From: Chiloscyllium plagiosum
Taxonomy: Eukaryota
Reading direction: 5' to 3'
Length of the DNA stretch: 64,000 nucleotides
Assembly: GCF_004010195.1 (NCBI RefSeq)
Contig: NC_057720.1
Span: 13,595,189-13,659,188, forward strand
Made by a program: the position numbers and the translations under genes. Positions 37,310-50,200 of the stretch are shown here, one piece after another. The notes beneath the pieces were generated by a model. That model did no database searches and was not told where the DNA came from. It worked only from the letters and a program-made list of their open reading frames with translations. Within the stretch, counting starts at the first letter, position 1; the number at the start of each line of letters is the position of its first letter.

Positions 37310-38310
37310 ATGTAAGAATGCACCATAGAAAACATTGTACTTGGATGCATCACATCTTGGTACGGCAACCAGTCTGCCCAAAACTGTCAGGAACTAAGGT
37401 GTGGAGGTGCTGGTGTTGGACTGGGATGGATAAGGTCAGAAGTCAGATGACACCAGGTTATAGTTCAACAGTCCAATTTGAGATCACAAGCTTTCGAAAT
37501 GTTGCCCCTTCGTCAGGTGTCATTAACTTGTGATTTCAAGTAAAACTGTTGAACTATAACCTGATGTTGTCTGACTTCTGATCTTGTAAGAAACTACAGA
37601 GAGTTAGAAATGCAGCCCAGTCCATCATGCAAGTCAACTTTCCATCCATTGATTCTACCTATACTTCTCTCTGCCTTGGAAATGAGCATCCCATCCAGAC
37701 CCATTCCCATACCTTATCCTTGTAACCCTGCATTTTCCATGGCTAATGCACCTAACCCACACATCCTTGGACACTATGGGAAATTCAGCATGGCCAATCC
37801 ACCTGAGCTGCACATCTTTGGATTATGGGAGGAAAGCGGAGCACCTGGCAGAAATCCAAATAGACACGCGGAGAATGTGCAAACTCCACACAGAGAGTCG
37901 CACAATGTTGGACGCAAACCCTGGTCCCTGGCGCTGTGAGGCAGCAGTGCTAACCACTGAGCCACCGCGCCACTCCAAAAGGCAGCCAACATCATCAAAG
38001 TGCCCTCCTACCCCGGTTATAATCTCTTCCAACCTCCTCCATCAGGCAGACGATACAAAAGCTCAAACGCACATACCAACAAATTCAAGAACGTCTTCTT
38101 CCCTGCTGTTATTAGACTTCTGTACATGCCTCTCAAATTTAAAATTTAATGCTGACCTCGCTCTTTGCACACCCTCTCTGCAGCAGTAATATTGTATTCT
38201 TCGCTCTGTTCTATCACCCTTATGCACCTGGTATGGCATGGTCAACCTGTACTGCACGCAAAACAAAACCTTTCATGGCACCTATGTACATGTGACAATA
38301 ATAAATCAAA
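37310..38310 (+). mobile_element. Rex1/Babar LINE 3' fragment with a nested family-B-like inverted element (37395-37590) and a SINE
   Basis: CTIENIVLGCITSWYGN motif; tail ctatgtacatgtgacaataataaatcaaat. Confidence 0.75.
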
Positions 38311-38493
38311 TATTCCTCACAAGCTGTCACTTACTGTTCCTGTGGTGACCCACTGAACTGGCAATGGCACAGATTAGACATCATGGTCTTAACTTGGTTA
38401 AACGCTGGCCAGTGTAATAGACCCATAATCAGACTCTCCCTGTACCTGCCTGTATCCTCCTGAACCCACCAACTGCATTCTGGCTTTTATTAG

Positions 38494-38693
38494 GTTAAAA
38501 ATTGCACAACACCAGGTTAGAGTCCAACAGGTTTATTTGGAACCACGAGCTTTCGGAGCAGCAAAAGCTGCTCCTTCCTAAGGAGCAGAGCTCTGAAAGC
38601 TCATGCTTCCAAATAAACCTGTTGGACTATAACCTGGTGTTGTGCGATTTTTAAATTTGTACGCCCCAGCCCAATACCGGCATCTCCAAATCA
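38494..38693. mobile_element. palindromic mini-PLE (family B)
   Basis: Inverted arms; 13-bp TSD tggcttttattag at 38481-38493 and 38694-38706. The CTGATGA cores are lost at the centre. Confidence 0.88.
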
Positions 38694-40415
38694 TGGCTTT
38701 TATTAGATTGTTGCATGGTGAAAAACACAATTTGCAAATTTATACTCATTTAACATGTACACATAATTAATTCATGCTCATGGACATCTTTAAGACCTAA
38801 ATTAAAATTTTAATTATAAAGTCTGCCAATGGCATTAAGTGGGGCAACTTAATTTTCAATTTTTTTCAATTCATCTTTGGGGTAAGTCAAATCAGCATTT
38901 TATTGCCCATCTCTAGTTGCCCTTGAGAAGGTGACGTTGAGCTGTCTTTTTCAATTCTACAGAATAGCTGGCTAGAATCAGTCAATGTGGGATGAATCTT
39001 ATATTATTTTGGTCAGGTCTAAGTTACAATAGACAATCGACAATAGCTGTGTAGGTTTTTATTTGGTGAGATTTTTCCCTTGTGACCCAGACAAGCATGT
39101 TCAGTGTGGAGCTGCGTGAATGCTTCCTGAGATTTGCCCCAGATGTTGCAGACAGGGAAATCATTACTCCACTCCAGGCATGAACCTGGAGGTGGTACTA
39201 GATGGGGGGAACGGTGCAGACACAGGACTTCCTCTTTCCTCAGGACCAGCAGTGGAGGCCATGACACCTGACCAGGCCAGCTAATTCCCAATTGTAATCT
39301 TGGTTAAAGCAGTCTCAGTCATCTTGATGAATGAACATCGGAAGAAGGTCAATGACCTTTGCCACTGCACCACCATAATTTCTGCCATCTTCTCTCTGAT
39401 TTCTATCTGATTAGATTCCCTACAGTGTGGAAACAGGCCTTTCAGCCTAACATGTCCACACTGACTCTCCGGAGAGTAACCCACGTAGACCCATTCATCT
39501 ACTCCCTACTAATGCACCTACCACTATGGGCAATTTAGCATGGCCAATTCACCTGACCTGCACATCTTTGGACTGTGGGAGAAAACTGATAAAAAAAACC
39601 CATGCAGACACAGGGAGGATGTGCAAACCCCACGCAGACACAGGGAGGATGTGCAAACCCCACGCAGACAGTCGCCCAAGGCTGGGTCCCTGGCGCTGCA
39701 AGGCAGCAGTGCTAACCACTGAGCCACTATGCTCTGTTACTGCATCCACCTCCTGGTAAGGCTCATGCTCTACCATGCTCGCCATTGCCTGCAATTGCCA
39801 AGACCAAACTGCCCAGCTCTTATCTCCAACTTCTTTTGCACCTATTCAGTTGGAAACTTGATTGTTCTTCTGGAAGAACTTCCCAATCTTGTATTTCCTG
39901 AGCAAGCTGTGTCTGCCAAGACCCCAGAACCAGCTGTGTGCAATTAGTGATTTGATCACACCTGCAAGGCCAGCATTTGATAGATTTTGGAATATTCTGC
40001 ACCTCATTAGTTTTTATCTTCAGGAGGAAATACCCTGGACTAGAAAGTATTTTTCTTTTTAAACTGAACAATGTAGAGAGAATTCTTTTCCCTCCTTAAA
40101 CTGAACTGTATATGTGCTTCAGTGTAGGTTGTTTTTGAAGTCTAGATATTTATATTTTCATAATACAAGTTATGTGTGTTAACTAATTCTGCATTTTTAT
40201 TGGATGGATTTTGTTTCATAATGATTTGATCATTTACTTGTTCTTCTTACTAAAATGTATCGCTTCACCCATCTCTCCAATAAATGTAATCTACCATGTG
40301 TATATCCAGTCAACCTGCTTATGTTTCTTCAGGTTATCATTGTTCTCCTCACAATTCATAATGGTGCCAAGTTTTGTGTCATCTGCAACTTGTAAAATTG
40401 TGCACTGTACTCCTA

Positions 40416-43400
40416 AGACTTCTTGTCAGATGTGGGAATTTAGGGAGAGTTCATGGGTTCCTGAGGATTATATTTGCAATAAATGCTATTGGTTGTGAAT
40501 CCTATCAGATCAAATGGATCAGTTAGAGAGACAGCTAGAGGCAATGAGAAATTTACAAGAGCAAGGGGATGTGATGGATGGCAGTTATAGGAAGGGGGAA
40601 AAGTCACAGATACAGTCACATAGATGAGTTAACTCCAGGAAAGGTAAGAGAGGTAGGCAGTTAGTGCAGGAGTCTTCTGTGGCTATCCCCATTTCAAACA
40701 AGTATGCTGTTTTGGAAAATGTAGGGGGTGATGGATTCTCTGGGGAATGTAGCACGAACAGCCAAGTTTCTGGTATTAAGACTGGGCTCTGCAATGAGGG
40801 GTATGTCGGGTTCCAAGAGATCAACTATATTAGGGGACTCTCTAGTCCGAGGTACAGACAGATGATTCTGTGGCCAGCAGAGAAAAAGCAGAATGGTGTG
40901 CTGCTTCCCTGGTGCCAGGATCAAGAATGTCTCAGAGAGGGTGCAGAATGTTCTCACGGGGGAGAGGGGCCAGCAGGAGGTCATTGTCCACTTTGGAACA
41001 AACGACATAGGAAAGGAAAAGGTTGAGGTTCTGAAGGGAGATTAAAGAGAGTTAGGCAGAAATTTAAAAAGGAGGTCCTCGAGATTAGTAACATCTGGAT
41101 TACTCCCGGTGCTATGAGTTAGTGAGGGCAGGAATAGGAAGATAGAGCAGATGTATGCATGGCTGAGGAGCTGGTGCATGGGAGAAGGATTCACGTTTTT
41201 GGATCATTGAAAGCTCTTTTGGGGTAGAAGTGACCTGCACAAGCAGGACGGACTGCACCTAAATTGGAAGGGGACTAATATAGTGGTAGGGAGATTTGCT
41301 AGAGCTGCTTGGGAGGCTTTAAACTAGTAAGGTGGGGGAGGGGGGGGCACAAGGAGATAGTGAGGAAGGAGATCAATCTGAGACTGGTACAATTGAGAAC
41401 AAAGGTGAGTCAAACAGTCAGGCCAGGCAGGGACAATGTAGGACTAATAAATTAAACTGTATTTATTTCAATGCAAGGGGCCTAACAGGGAAGGCAGATG
41501 AACTCAGGGCATGGTTAGGAAGATGGAACTAGGATAGCATAGGAATTACAGAAACATAGTTCAGGGATGGAGAGGACTGGCAGCTTAATGTTCCAGGAAA
41601 CAAATTCTATAGTAAGGACAGAAAGGGAGACAAGAGAGGAGGGGGTGTGGCGTTTTTGATAAGGGATAGCATTACAGCTGTACTGAGGGAGAACATTCCC
41701 AGAAATACATCCAGGGAAGTTATTTGGGTGGAACTAAGAAATAAGAAAGGAATGATCACTTTATTGGGATTGTATTATAGACCCCCTAATAGTCAGAGGG
41801 AAATTGAGAAACAAATTTGTAAGTAGATTTAAGTTATCTGTAAGAATAATAGGATGGTTATGATAGACTGGGACTGCCATAGTGTTAAGGGTTTAGATGG
41901 AGAGGAATTTATTAAGTGTGTACCAGAAAACCTTCTGATTCAGTATGTGGACATATCTACTAGAGAAGATGCAAAACTTGATCTACTCCTGGGAAATAAG
42001 GCAGGGAGGTGACTGAGGAGTCAGTGGGGGAGCACTTTGGGGCCAGCGACCATAATTCTATTAGATTTAACATAGTGATGGAAAAGGATAGACCAGATCT
42101 AAAAGTTGAAGATCTAAATTGGAGGAAGGCTAATTTTGACGGTATTAGGCAAAAACTTTCAAAAGCTGATTGGGAGCAGATGTTCGCAGGTAAAGGGACA
42201 GCTGGAAAATGGGAAGCCTTCAGAAATGAAATAACGAGAATCCAGAGAAAGTATATTCCTGTTATGGTGAAAGGAAAGGCTGTAGGTATAGGGAATGCTG
42301 GATAACTAAAGAAATTGTGTGTTTGGTTAAGAAAGGTTAAGAAAGGTGGTAAGGACAACCCAGGGAGCTATAGACCAGTGAGTCTGACGTCAGTGGTGGG
42401 CAAGTTGTGGGGGGAAACCTGAGGGACAGGATGTATATGTATTTGGAAAGGCAAGGACTGATTAGGGATAGTCAACATGGCTTTGTGTGTGGGAAATCAT
42501 GTCTCACAAAATTGATTGAGCTTTTTGAAGAAGTAACAAAGAGGATTGATGAGGGCAGAGTGGTAGATGTGTGCTGGAATACAGATCTGGCTCAAAGATA
42601 GAAGACAGAGAGTGGTGGTGGAGGGTTTTTTTTTTAGACAGGACGCCTGTGACCAGTGGAGTGCCACAAGGATTGGTGCTGGGTCCTTTACTTTTCATCA
42701 TTTATGTAAATGATTTGGACGTGAGCATAAGAGGTCCAGTTAGTAAGTTTGCAGACGACACCAAAATTGGAGGTATAAATGGATAGCAAAGAAGGTTATC
42801 TCAGATTATAACGGGATCTTGATCAGATGGGCCAATGGACTGAGAAGTGGCAGATGGAGTTGAATTTAGGTAAATGCAAGGTGCTGCATTTTGGGAAAGC
42901 AAATCTTAGCAGGAGTTATACACTTAATGGTAAGGTCCGAGGGAGTGTTGCTAAACAAAGAGACCTTGGAGTGCAGGTTCATAGCTCCTTGAAAGTGGAG
43001 TTGCAGGTAGATAAGGTAGTGAAGAAGGCATTTGGTATGTTTACAAGGATGTTGCCAGGGTTGGAGGATTTGAGCGATAGGGAGAGGCTGAACAGGCTGG
43101 GGCTGTTTTCCCTGGAGTGATGGAGGCTGAGGGGTGACCTTATAGAGGTTTATAAAATCATGAGGGGTAGGGTAAATTGACAAAGTGTCTTCCCTGGGGT
43201 GGGGGAGTCTCGAACTAGAGGGCATAGGTTTAGGGTGAGAGGGGAAAGATATAAAAGTGACCTTAGGGGCAACTTTTTCACTCCGAGGGTGTTACGTGTA
43301 TGGAATGAGCTGCCAGAGGAAGGGGATTGAGGCTGGTACAATTACAACATTTAAAAGTCATCTGGATGGGTATATGAATACGAAGGGTTTGGAGGGAATA

Positions 43401-43512
43401 TGGGCCAGGGGCTGGCAGGTGGGGCTAGATTGAGTTGGGATATCTGATCGGCATGGTCTTGTTGGACCGAAGGGTCTGTTTCCGTGCTGTACATCTCTAT
43501 GACTGTATGACT
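40416..43512 (+). mobile_element. near-full-length degenerate CR1/HER1 LINE (ORF1 Zn-finger plus SGNH esterase-like domain; ORF2 APE plus RT) with internal deletions
   Basis: SCQMWE…YICNKC; GDSLVRG…CFPGARI…[66 protein letters not shown]; tail tatgactgtatgact. Confidence 0.95.
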
Positions 43513-45412
43513 AGCCCACTAATACAGAGCAGGGGAGGTTTTGTGAGGTCGGGGGCAGTGGACAGTGGCCTTATCAACCTATAAACCTTTCTACTATACC
43601 TGTGACAGATTAGAGTAGGAGTAACCTACAGGGCCAGCCAGAACCAAATGAACTAGCTGCAGTGCAACAACCCTATTAAAAAACTCACTGGGCTGCTTCT
43701 GGCCAACAGAAACTATTGCCTTCATCTCAAAGGACTACCAAGGGAAGAATAAGGAAAGCAGTGGTAATAACCTTCCTTAATTCCTTTAGTCTCCTTGGAT
43801 ATATTGCATCTGGCTTTGGTGATTTGTCAACTTTCAGCCCAACCTTCACCACACTAAGACCTTCTCGTTATCAATGGTTGGCCCATCTAGTGTTACCACT
43901 ATCCTCCCTTTCACCATGACTTCAGCAGCATCTTCATCCCTGCCAAAGTTCTCATTTAGTGCAGCTTTCTCTATAGGTTGACTCAATTAAATGTAATATT
44001 TAGCTCTAGACTCGCTCTGGATTGATATGACACTAATTGCAATGACCTATCCTCCTGTTTGATTCAATGATGAGCAGTGAGACTTAGTCTCTTTGATTTC
44101 CCCAAAATGAAGCCTTTCTTTGATCACTCCCTCTCCTGGGCCACACTCTTTCAGATCACCTCCCTCTCCAGGCTCTCCACTCTCTGTGAGATATTTTCTA
44201 ATCATCCTGTTCAGTGATGGTATTACACATCTCTGGAGCAGGTGGGACTTGAAACCAGGCCTCCTGGCTCAGAGGGAGGGATACTACCACTGCACCACAA
44301 GAGCCATCACTCCCCCCTCCCAGCCAATCTCCCTCTCGCACAGCTGGCTCTGCTCCCCAGCCTTGCCCTCTCTGACATCCTGTCCCAGGCCTTGCCATTC
44401 CTAACTTGCTGAGTTCATGATTTCCATGCTGGGTCCCTCAATTCTGACAGTAGTTGGCATGAAACTCTTCCCTGGAATTAGATTATTAGATTACTTACAG
44501 TGTGGAAACAGGCCCTTCGGCCCAACAAGTCCACACGGACGCGCAACCCACCCAGACCCATTCCCCTACATTTACCCCTGCACCTAACACTATGGGCAAT
44601 TTAGCATGGCCAATTCACCTGGCTTGCACATTTTTGGACAGTGGGAGGAAACCGGAGCACCCGGAGGAAACCCACGCAGACACAGGGAGAATGTGCAAAC
44701 TCCACACAGTCAGTCGCCTGAGTCGGGAATTGAACCCGGGTCTCTGGCGCTGTGAAGCAGCAGGGCTAACCACTGTGCCACCGTGCCAGTGGAAATCTGG
44801 ATTAGAGGCACAGAAAGACATTGGATCATCTGGAGCCTGTCCAATGCCGGCCAGTTCAAAAATAAAGTGAAATGCCAAATACAGATATGACTGTCTTGAC
44901 ATCATCAACCTCACTTGCACTCCCAGTAATGTACATGTCACATGATCACAATTCCAGCCTCCATCCGATTACTCAAACAAAGTAGAATATGTTCTGGAAT
45001 ATGACATGTCGGCACAACAGCAGGTTTCCAACTTCAGCTTTAAATTTGAATAAAATCCATCTGCATAATTTAATTCAAATTCAATCTAAATTAAATGAGT
45101 CCATGCAAATAACATTAAGAAAATGAGCAGGAAATGAGTACCACTATTCGCTGTTTGTTCACCACCGGTCGAATACACTGTGTTTATTGAATATTATTGT
45201 GCAATTGCCTGTTAGTTTTTTTTTAACAATAATTGCATGTTCAGCTCTTAAAATAAATCTTTATTGCTCTGTTCTGTTATCACAATTGGCAAGCACTCGA
45301 AGTGAAATGATCTTGAACCGAATAAAGGAGTAACCTCCTGAACAGTCAAAGCTCTCCACAAAGTCCTAGCTTCTGGAGGCTCAGTTGGCAAAATTCAGCC
45401 TCACAAATCAGA

Positions 45413-45527
45413 GTTAGAAATCACACAACACCAGGTTATAGTCCAACAGGTTTAATTGGAAGCACTAGCTTTTGGAGCGCCGCTCCTTCATCAGGTGGTT
45501 GTGGAGTACACCGGCATCTCCAAATTA
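45413..45527 (-). mobile_element. mini-PLE family B (single arm plus tail)
   Basis: 12-bp TSD tcacaaatcaga at 45401-45412 and 45528-45539. The minus strand reads CTGATGAaGGAGCggcGCTCC(a)AAAGCTA. Confidence 0.85.
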
Positions 45528-46279
45528 TCACAAATCAGAAGGTACTGGGTCCATTCCCAAGCCTGTTCCGAGTAGACTGATCTCAATCAGCGTTGGAGCA
45601 GAGGGAATTAGGCATAGGTCTCTTGACTAGGGAGTGGACAATCTGTCAATGAGCCAGATTGAGAAGTGTTCACGATTGGAACATAAGAACAGGAGTAGAC
45701 CTTAAGCCTGTTCCACCATTCAATGAGATCATGGCTGATCTTTAGCCCATATCCCATAATACCTTGGCTTAACAAAAATTTATCCAGCTCAGATTTAAAA
45801 TTAACAATGGATCCTGCGACTATTGGCATTTGTAGAAGAGAGAGCCAAATATCTACCACCCTGTGTTTCCTAACATCCCTCTTTAATGGTCTGGTCCTAA
45901 CTCTCAGTCTATAGTTCTAAAATCTCAACCAGTGGAAAAAGTTTATCTGTTAAGAAGGCAGGTCAAAACAGGGTGAAGTTGAGCTTGGATGTCTGCTCAG
46001 TTGAAATCAGTCACAACTCTTCATTTTGGAAAAAGATCAAGGCTGAGACAAAATACACGGCTGCTCCTGTGCACTGATGGTGAAGGGAGTGAATGTTAAA
46101 GATGGTGGATATAGTGTCAATCAAGTGGGCTGCTTTGTCCTGAATGGTTCCAATGCAGCAGTAAAATCAACGTTTCGGGCAAAAGGCCAACTACCCAAAA
46201 CCTGTCCACCATCTATAAGGCACAAGCCAGGAGCATGATGTGTGCAGCTCCAACAACACCAAGCTTGGCACCATCCAGG

Positions 46280-46478
46280 TAAAAACAATGACTGCAGATG
46301 CTGGAAACCAGATTCTGGATTAGTGGTGCTGGAAAAGCACAACAGTTCAGGTAGCATCCGAGGAGCAGGAAAATCGACGTTTCGGGCAAAAGCCCTTCAT
46401 CAGGAATAGAGCATCTAATCCTGCTCCTCGGATGCTGCCTGAACTGCTGTGCTTTTCCAGCACCACTCTAGTCTAGAC
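46280..46478. mobile_element. inverted-repeat mini-PLE (family A)
   Basis: 46322-46370 is the reverse complement of 46419-46467. Intact hammerhead motif on the minus strand at 46376-46403. Confidence 0.82.
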
Positions 46479-46682
46479 CCAGATATCCCAACCTAATCTA
46501 GTCCATTTGCCAGCACTTGGTCCATATCAACTGGCAGCTCATTCCATACATGCATCACCCCCTGTGTGAAAAATCTGCCCCTTAGGTCTCTTTTATATCT
46601 TTCCCCTCTCACACTAAACCTATGCCCTCTAGTTCTGGACTCCCCCACCCCAGGGAAAAGACTTTGTCTATTTACCCTGATC

Positions 46683-47210
46683 ATGAATGATATGTTTCTC
46701 AACCCCATTCTCCTGTCTTCTCCCCTTAACCCTTGAGCCCATTATTAATCAAGAACCAATCAATCCCTGTCTTATATACACTCAATGACTTGGCCTCCAC
46801 AGCCCTCTGTGATAATGAGTTCCACAGAGTCACCACCCTCAAGGATCGTCCCTTCATTCTGAGGCTGTGCCCTCAGATTCTCGTCTTGCCTACTGTTGGA
46901 AACACCTTCTTCAAGTCCGTTCTTTCTAGGCCTCTCAGTATTTTATACATTTCATTCGGATCCCCTCTCATCCTTCTCAACTCCATTAAGTACAGACACA
47001 GAATCCTCAAAAGCTCCTCATACGTCAAGCCCTTCAATCCCAGGATCACTCTTGTAAATCTCCTCTGTATTCTGTTTAATGCTATCACATCCTTCCTTAG
47101 ATACAGGGTTCACAACTGCTCACAATGTTCCAAATGCAATCTGACCACAGCCTTATACAGCCTCAGCAGTACAGTTCTGGTCTCATATTCTAGCTTTCTT
47201 GAAATGAACC
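46683..47210 (-). mobile_element. CR1 LINE 3' fragment (second subfamily)
   Basis: ORF 46873-47088 IQRRFTRVILGLKGLTYEE…RRMRGD. Related tails at 1770-1940, 45680-45950 and 50230-50500 (minus) and 56760-57060 and 58090-58350 (plus). Confidence 0.8.
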
Positions 47211-50200
47211 GGCATGTGAATCTTAAGAGAATCCAGCCATTGTATCCCCTGTTGGTGTAGGCATATTATTCATATCACTGGTGCAATTCAGTTTCAGGTC
47301 AATGTTAACCCTCAGAGACATTGATGGTGAACAAATCAGTGATGGTGATGCCATTGAAAATCAAGGGCAGATGGTTCAACTCTCTTATTGGATATGGTCA
47401 ACTCACACTTGCATGTTATTTGACAATTATCAGATCAAGTCTTGATGTTAAGTTAGGCTTTGTGGCACCTTGCATTAACACAATCTGAAGAATAGTGAAT
47501 GATGCTTAATAATACCAGCTGAAAAAATCCATACTTTGTCCTGGAGGTGGATGATTGACGTCCATCAGCCATGTGTCTTCGTGTGAGCTATGCCTCCAGC
47601 CAACAGATACTCTGCTTCCTTCCCTTGCCCATTCACACTGACTATAATTTTGGCTGGGGCTCCCTGATATCGCACTTGGTCAAATGTTGTCTTGCTGTCC
47701 AAGTTAATCACAATCAGCTCACCTATACAATCCACTTCCAGTGAGTGCTGGTGGCCCACAGCAACTCATAGAGGCCCAGGTCTGAGTGTTCTGAATCTAT
47801 CCCATCTCGAATGATGGTAAATATAACACAATGATATATTAGAAGTGTAAATACCAGGATAAAGCAGTGGAGCTGAATGGCCAGTTTCTGTGGTGTAACT
47901 TTGCTGAATTATTCTGCCTTTCTTTATGTAATTTGGCACCTACGGCCTACATCCTGGCTCAGGTTGCTGCTTGTTATATCCAGCTTCTCTTTGCCAGCAA
48001 TGAGTCCTCCTCTCACCTACCCAATGACAACAACTTATCATAGAATTTCTACAGTGTAGAAATGAGTCCACACTGACCCACTGGAGTTATCTCACCCCTA
48101 CATAATCACTCTAATTTGCCTCTATTAATGCACCTAACCTACATATCCCTGAACACCATGGGCAATTTAGCCCTGGCCAATTCACTGAATCTACACATCT
48201 TTGGATTGTGGAAGGAAACTGGAGCACCCAAATGAAACCCACACAGACACGGGAAGAATGTGCAAACTCCACACTGACAGTTGCCCGAGGTTGGAATTGA
48301 ACCCGGGTCCCTGGCGCCTTGAGACAGCAGTGCTAACCACTGAGCTATCATGCCACCCATGTGAGCCATGGGTGCCTTTAACTTAATGAGAAGTCTCAAG
48401 GTGCTGCATAAGGGTGATATAAAACAAAATATGACATTGAGCCACATATTAGGTTAGGTGAAACATATGGATGAAATAGGTAGATTTTAATGGAAGTCAG
48501 TGAAGTAGAGAAGCAGAGATGTGTAGGAAGGCAATTTCAGAGCTTGAGATGTAGGCACTCAAGGCATGGCTACCAATAATGAAGCAATTATAAATGGGAA
48601 TGGTGAACAAACCAGATTTGGGAGATCGTTTGACTCAGTACATTCTCTTGCTTAGGCTCAGTATCTTAAATTAAGGAAAGGGCAACAACTCCTGATGCCA
48701 GCTCCAAACTGCAGTGGATGGTTGGGGTTTATAGTCTAATGCATATTGGCGCCACCATGTTGACCAATGAGTTGGAGGCTCGTTAGGCTTTAATTTACAG
48801 AAAACCAGGATGAAAACTACAATTAATGGAGTCTCCCAACTCAAGCAGGATTAGTTCTCCAGCAAAACGCAGTCAGTGGAGAATGGTCACTTCATGCAAG
48901 TCAACTTCAGTTGCTTACAGGGCATCTAAGTGTTATTGACAGCAGAATTATTCAAACATTTCCATCCTAGGTAGACTTGCACAGGTAACTCTTATCACCA
49001 ATCTTCCCCCCGCCCAACCCTAAGTAACCTCAGCCATCTGCAGATTCATGGTCCTGTGCTCGCTGTCCTTTGATGTCGGTTTTTAAAAGCACAGCTTATT
49101 CGCTGTATAAAATTTTATCGAACATAATGGAAATGCTGGCTTCACCACATTAACTTGTACAATGCAAAACTCCGAGTGTTAAACCACGAGAGAGCACTTG
49201 ATGCTGATGAGTTATGAAGTCCCTCACATTCATTTAATAAAAGGTGGTTTAATATGCAGACATTTCTATGCAATGCATTAATACATTTACCGAATCATAA
49301 CGCACTCACAATGTTATGGAACATGCAACTGTTTGTGCTTGTTATTTTGGGTTTGGAAGTTCCCTTTAAAGACGAGTTAGGTTTTGAAATAAAAGTCTGC
49401 ATACCACAGGGAAGCCTACGTACTCTGTCCAATTCTATAGTCCATCTCCCATTGGCTTATTAAGCTATTGTAAGCCTTTTCTACAATGAAAGCACTGTTT
49501 GCCTTCAGTTACTAATCATTCAGCAAATTAAAATAAGGGGTTCTCTGAAAGTGTGTCATTAATTACAGGGGTCATAGAGGTAACTTGGCCCCTTCTGCCT
49601 GTAACAGCTCTATTGAAGAATTTCTGCAATCGGCCACATATCCTGGCATTTCTCCCTTAACCCTGCAAATTATTCCTCTTTCAAATATATGTTCCAATTA
49701 CCTTTTGAAATTTTCTCTGAATCATGCATCCCAGGCCCTTTCAGGTAATGAATTCCAGGTCTTAGTAACCCTCTGTGTGGAAAAAAAATTCTCCTCGACC
49801 TCTTTTAATTTTAAATCCAAGGCAGGTCAAGAGACAGAGTGGCGTGGGGAGGAAGGGACGACAAAGAAAGGCAGGTTTTGAGAGCCTAAATGAGAAGATG
49901 GAGGTAATGAGGCAGAGGAATTGGAGGAGGGAGTTACAGATAATGGCAATTTGATTTAAAAAGGAACACTAACCATAGTTGGTTTGTTAATACAGTATAC
50001 ATCTGCTATAAAGACAGAAAGTCATGAATTGTAGTAGTTTAGATGCAGTAAAGGTATGATAATTCAAAATATAATCAGACCCAGCATTGCAAACGAAATT
50101 CAGTTCTTATTTTAAATTCAGGTATTTTTTCTTTGTCTTTTCAGAATCTTTTATGTTGCATGATTATTACTCATTATTTGTTTCCAAATCATTCCATGGC

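Noticed and set aside
48749..48786. Perfect Kozak GCCACCATG
   Set aside because: The ORF closes after 9 codons (TAG).
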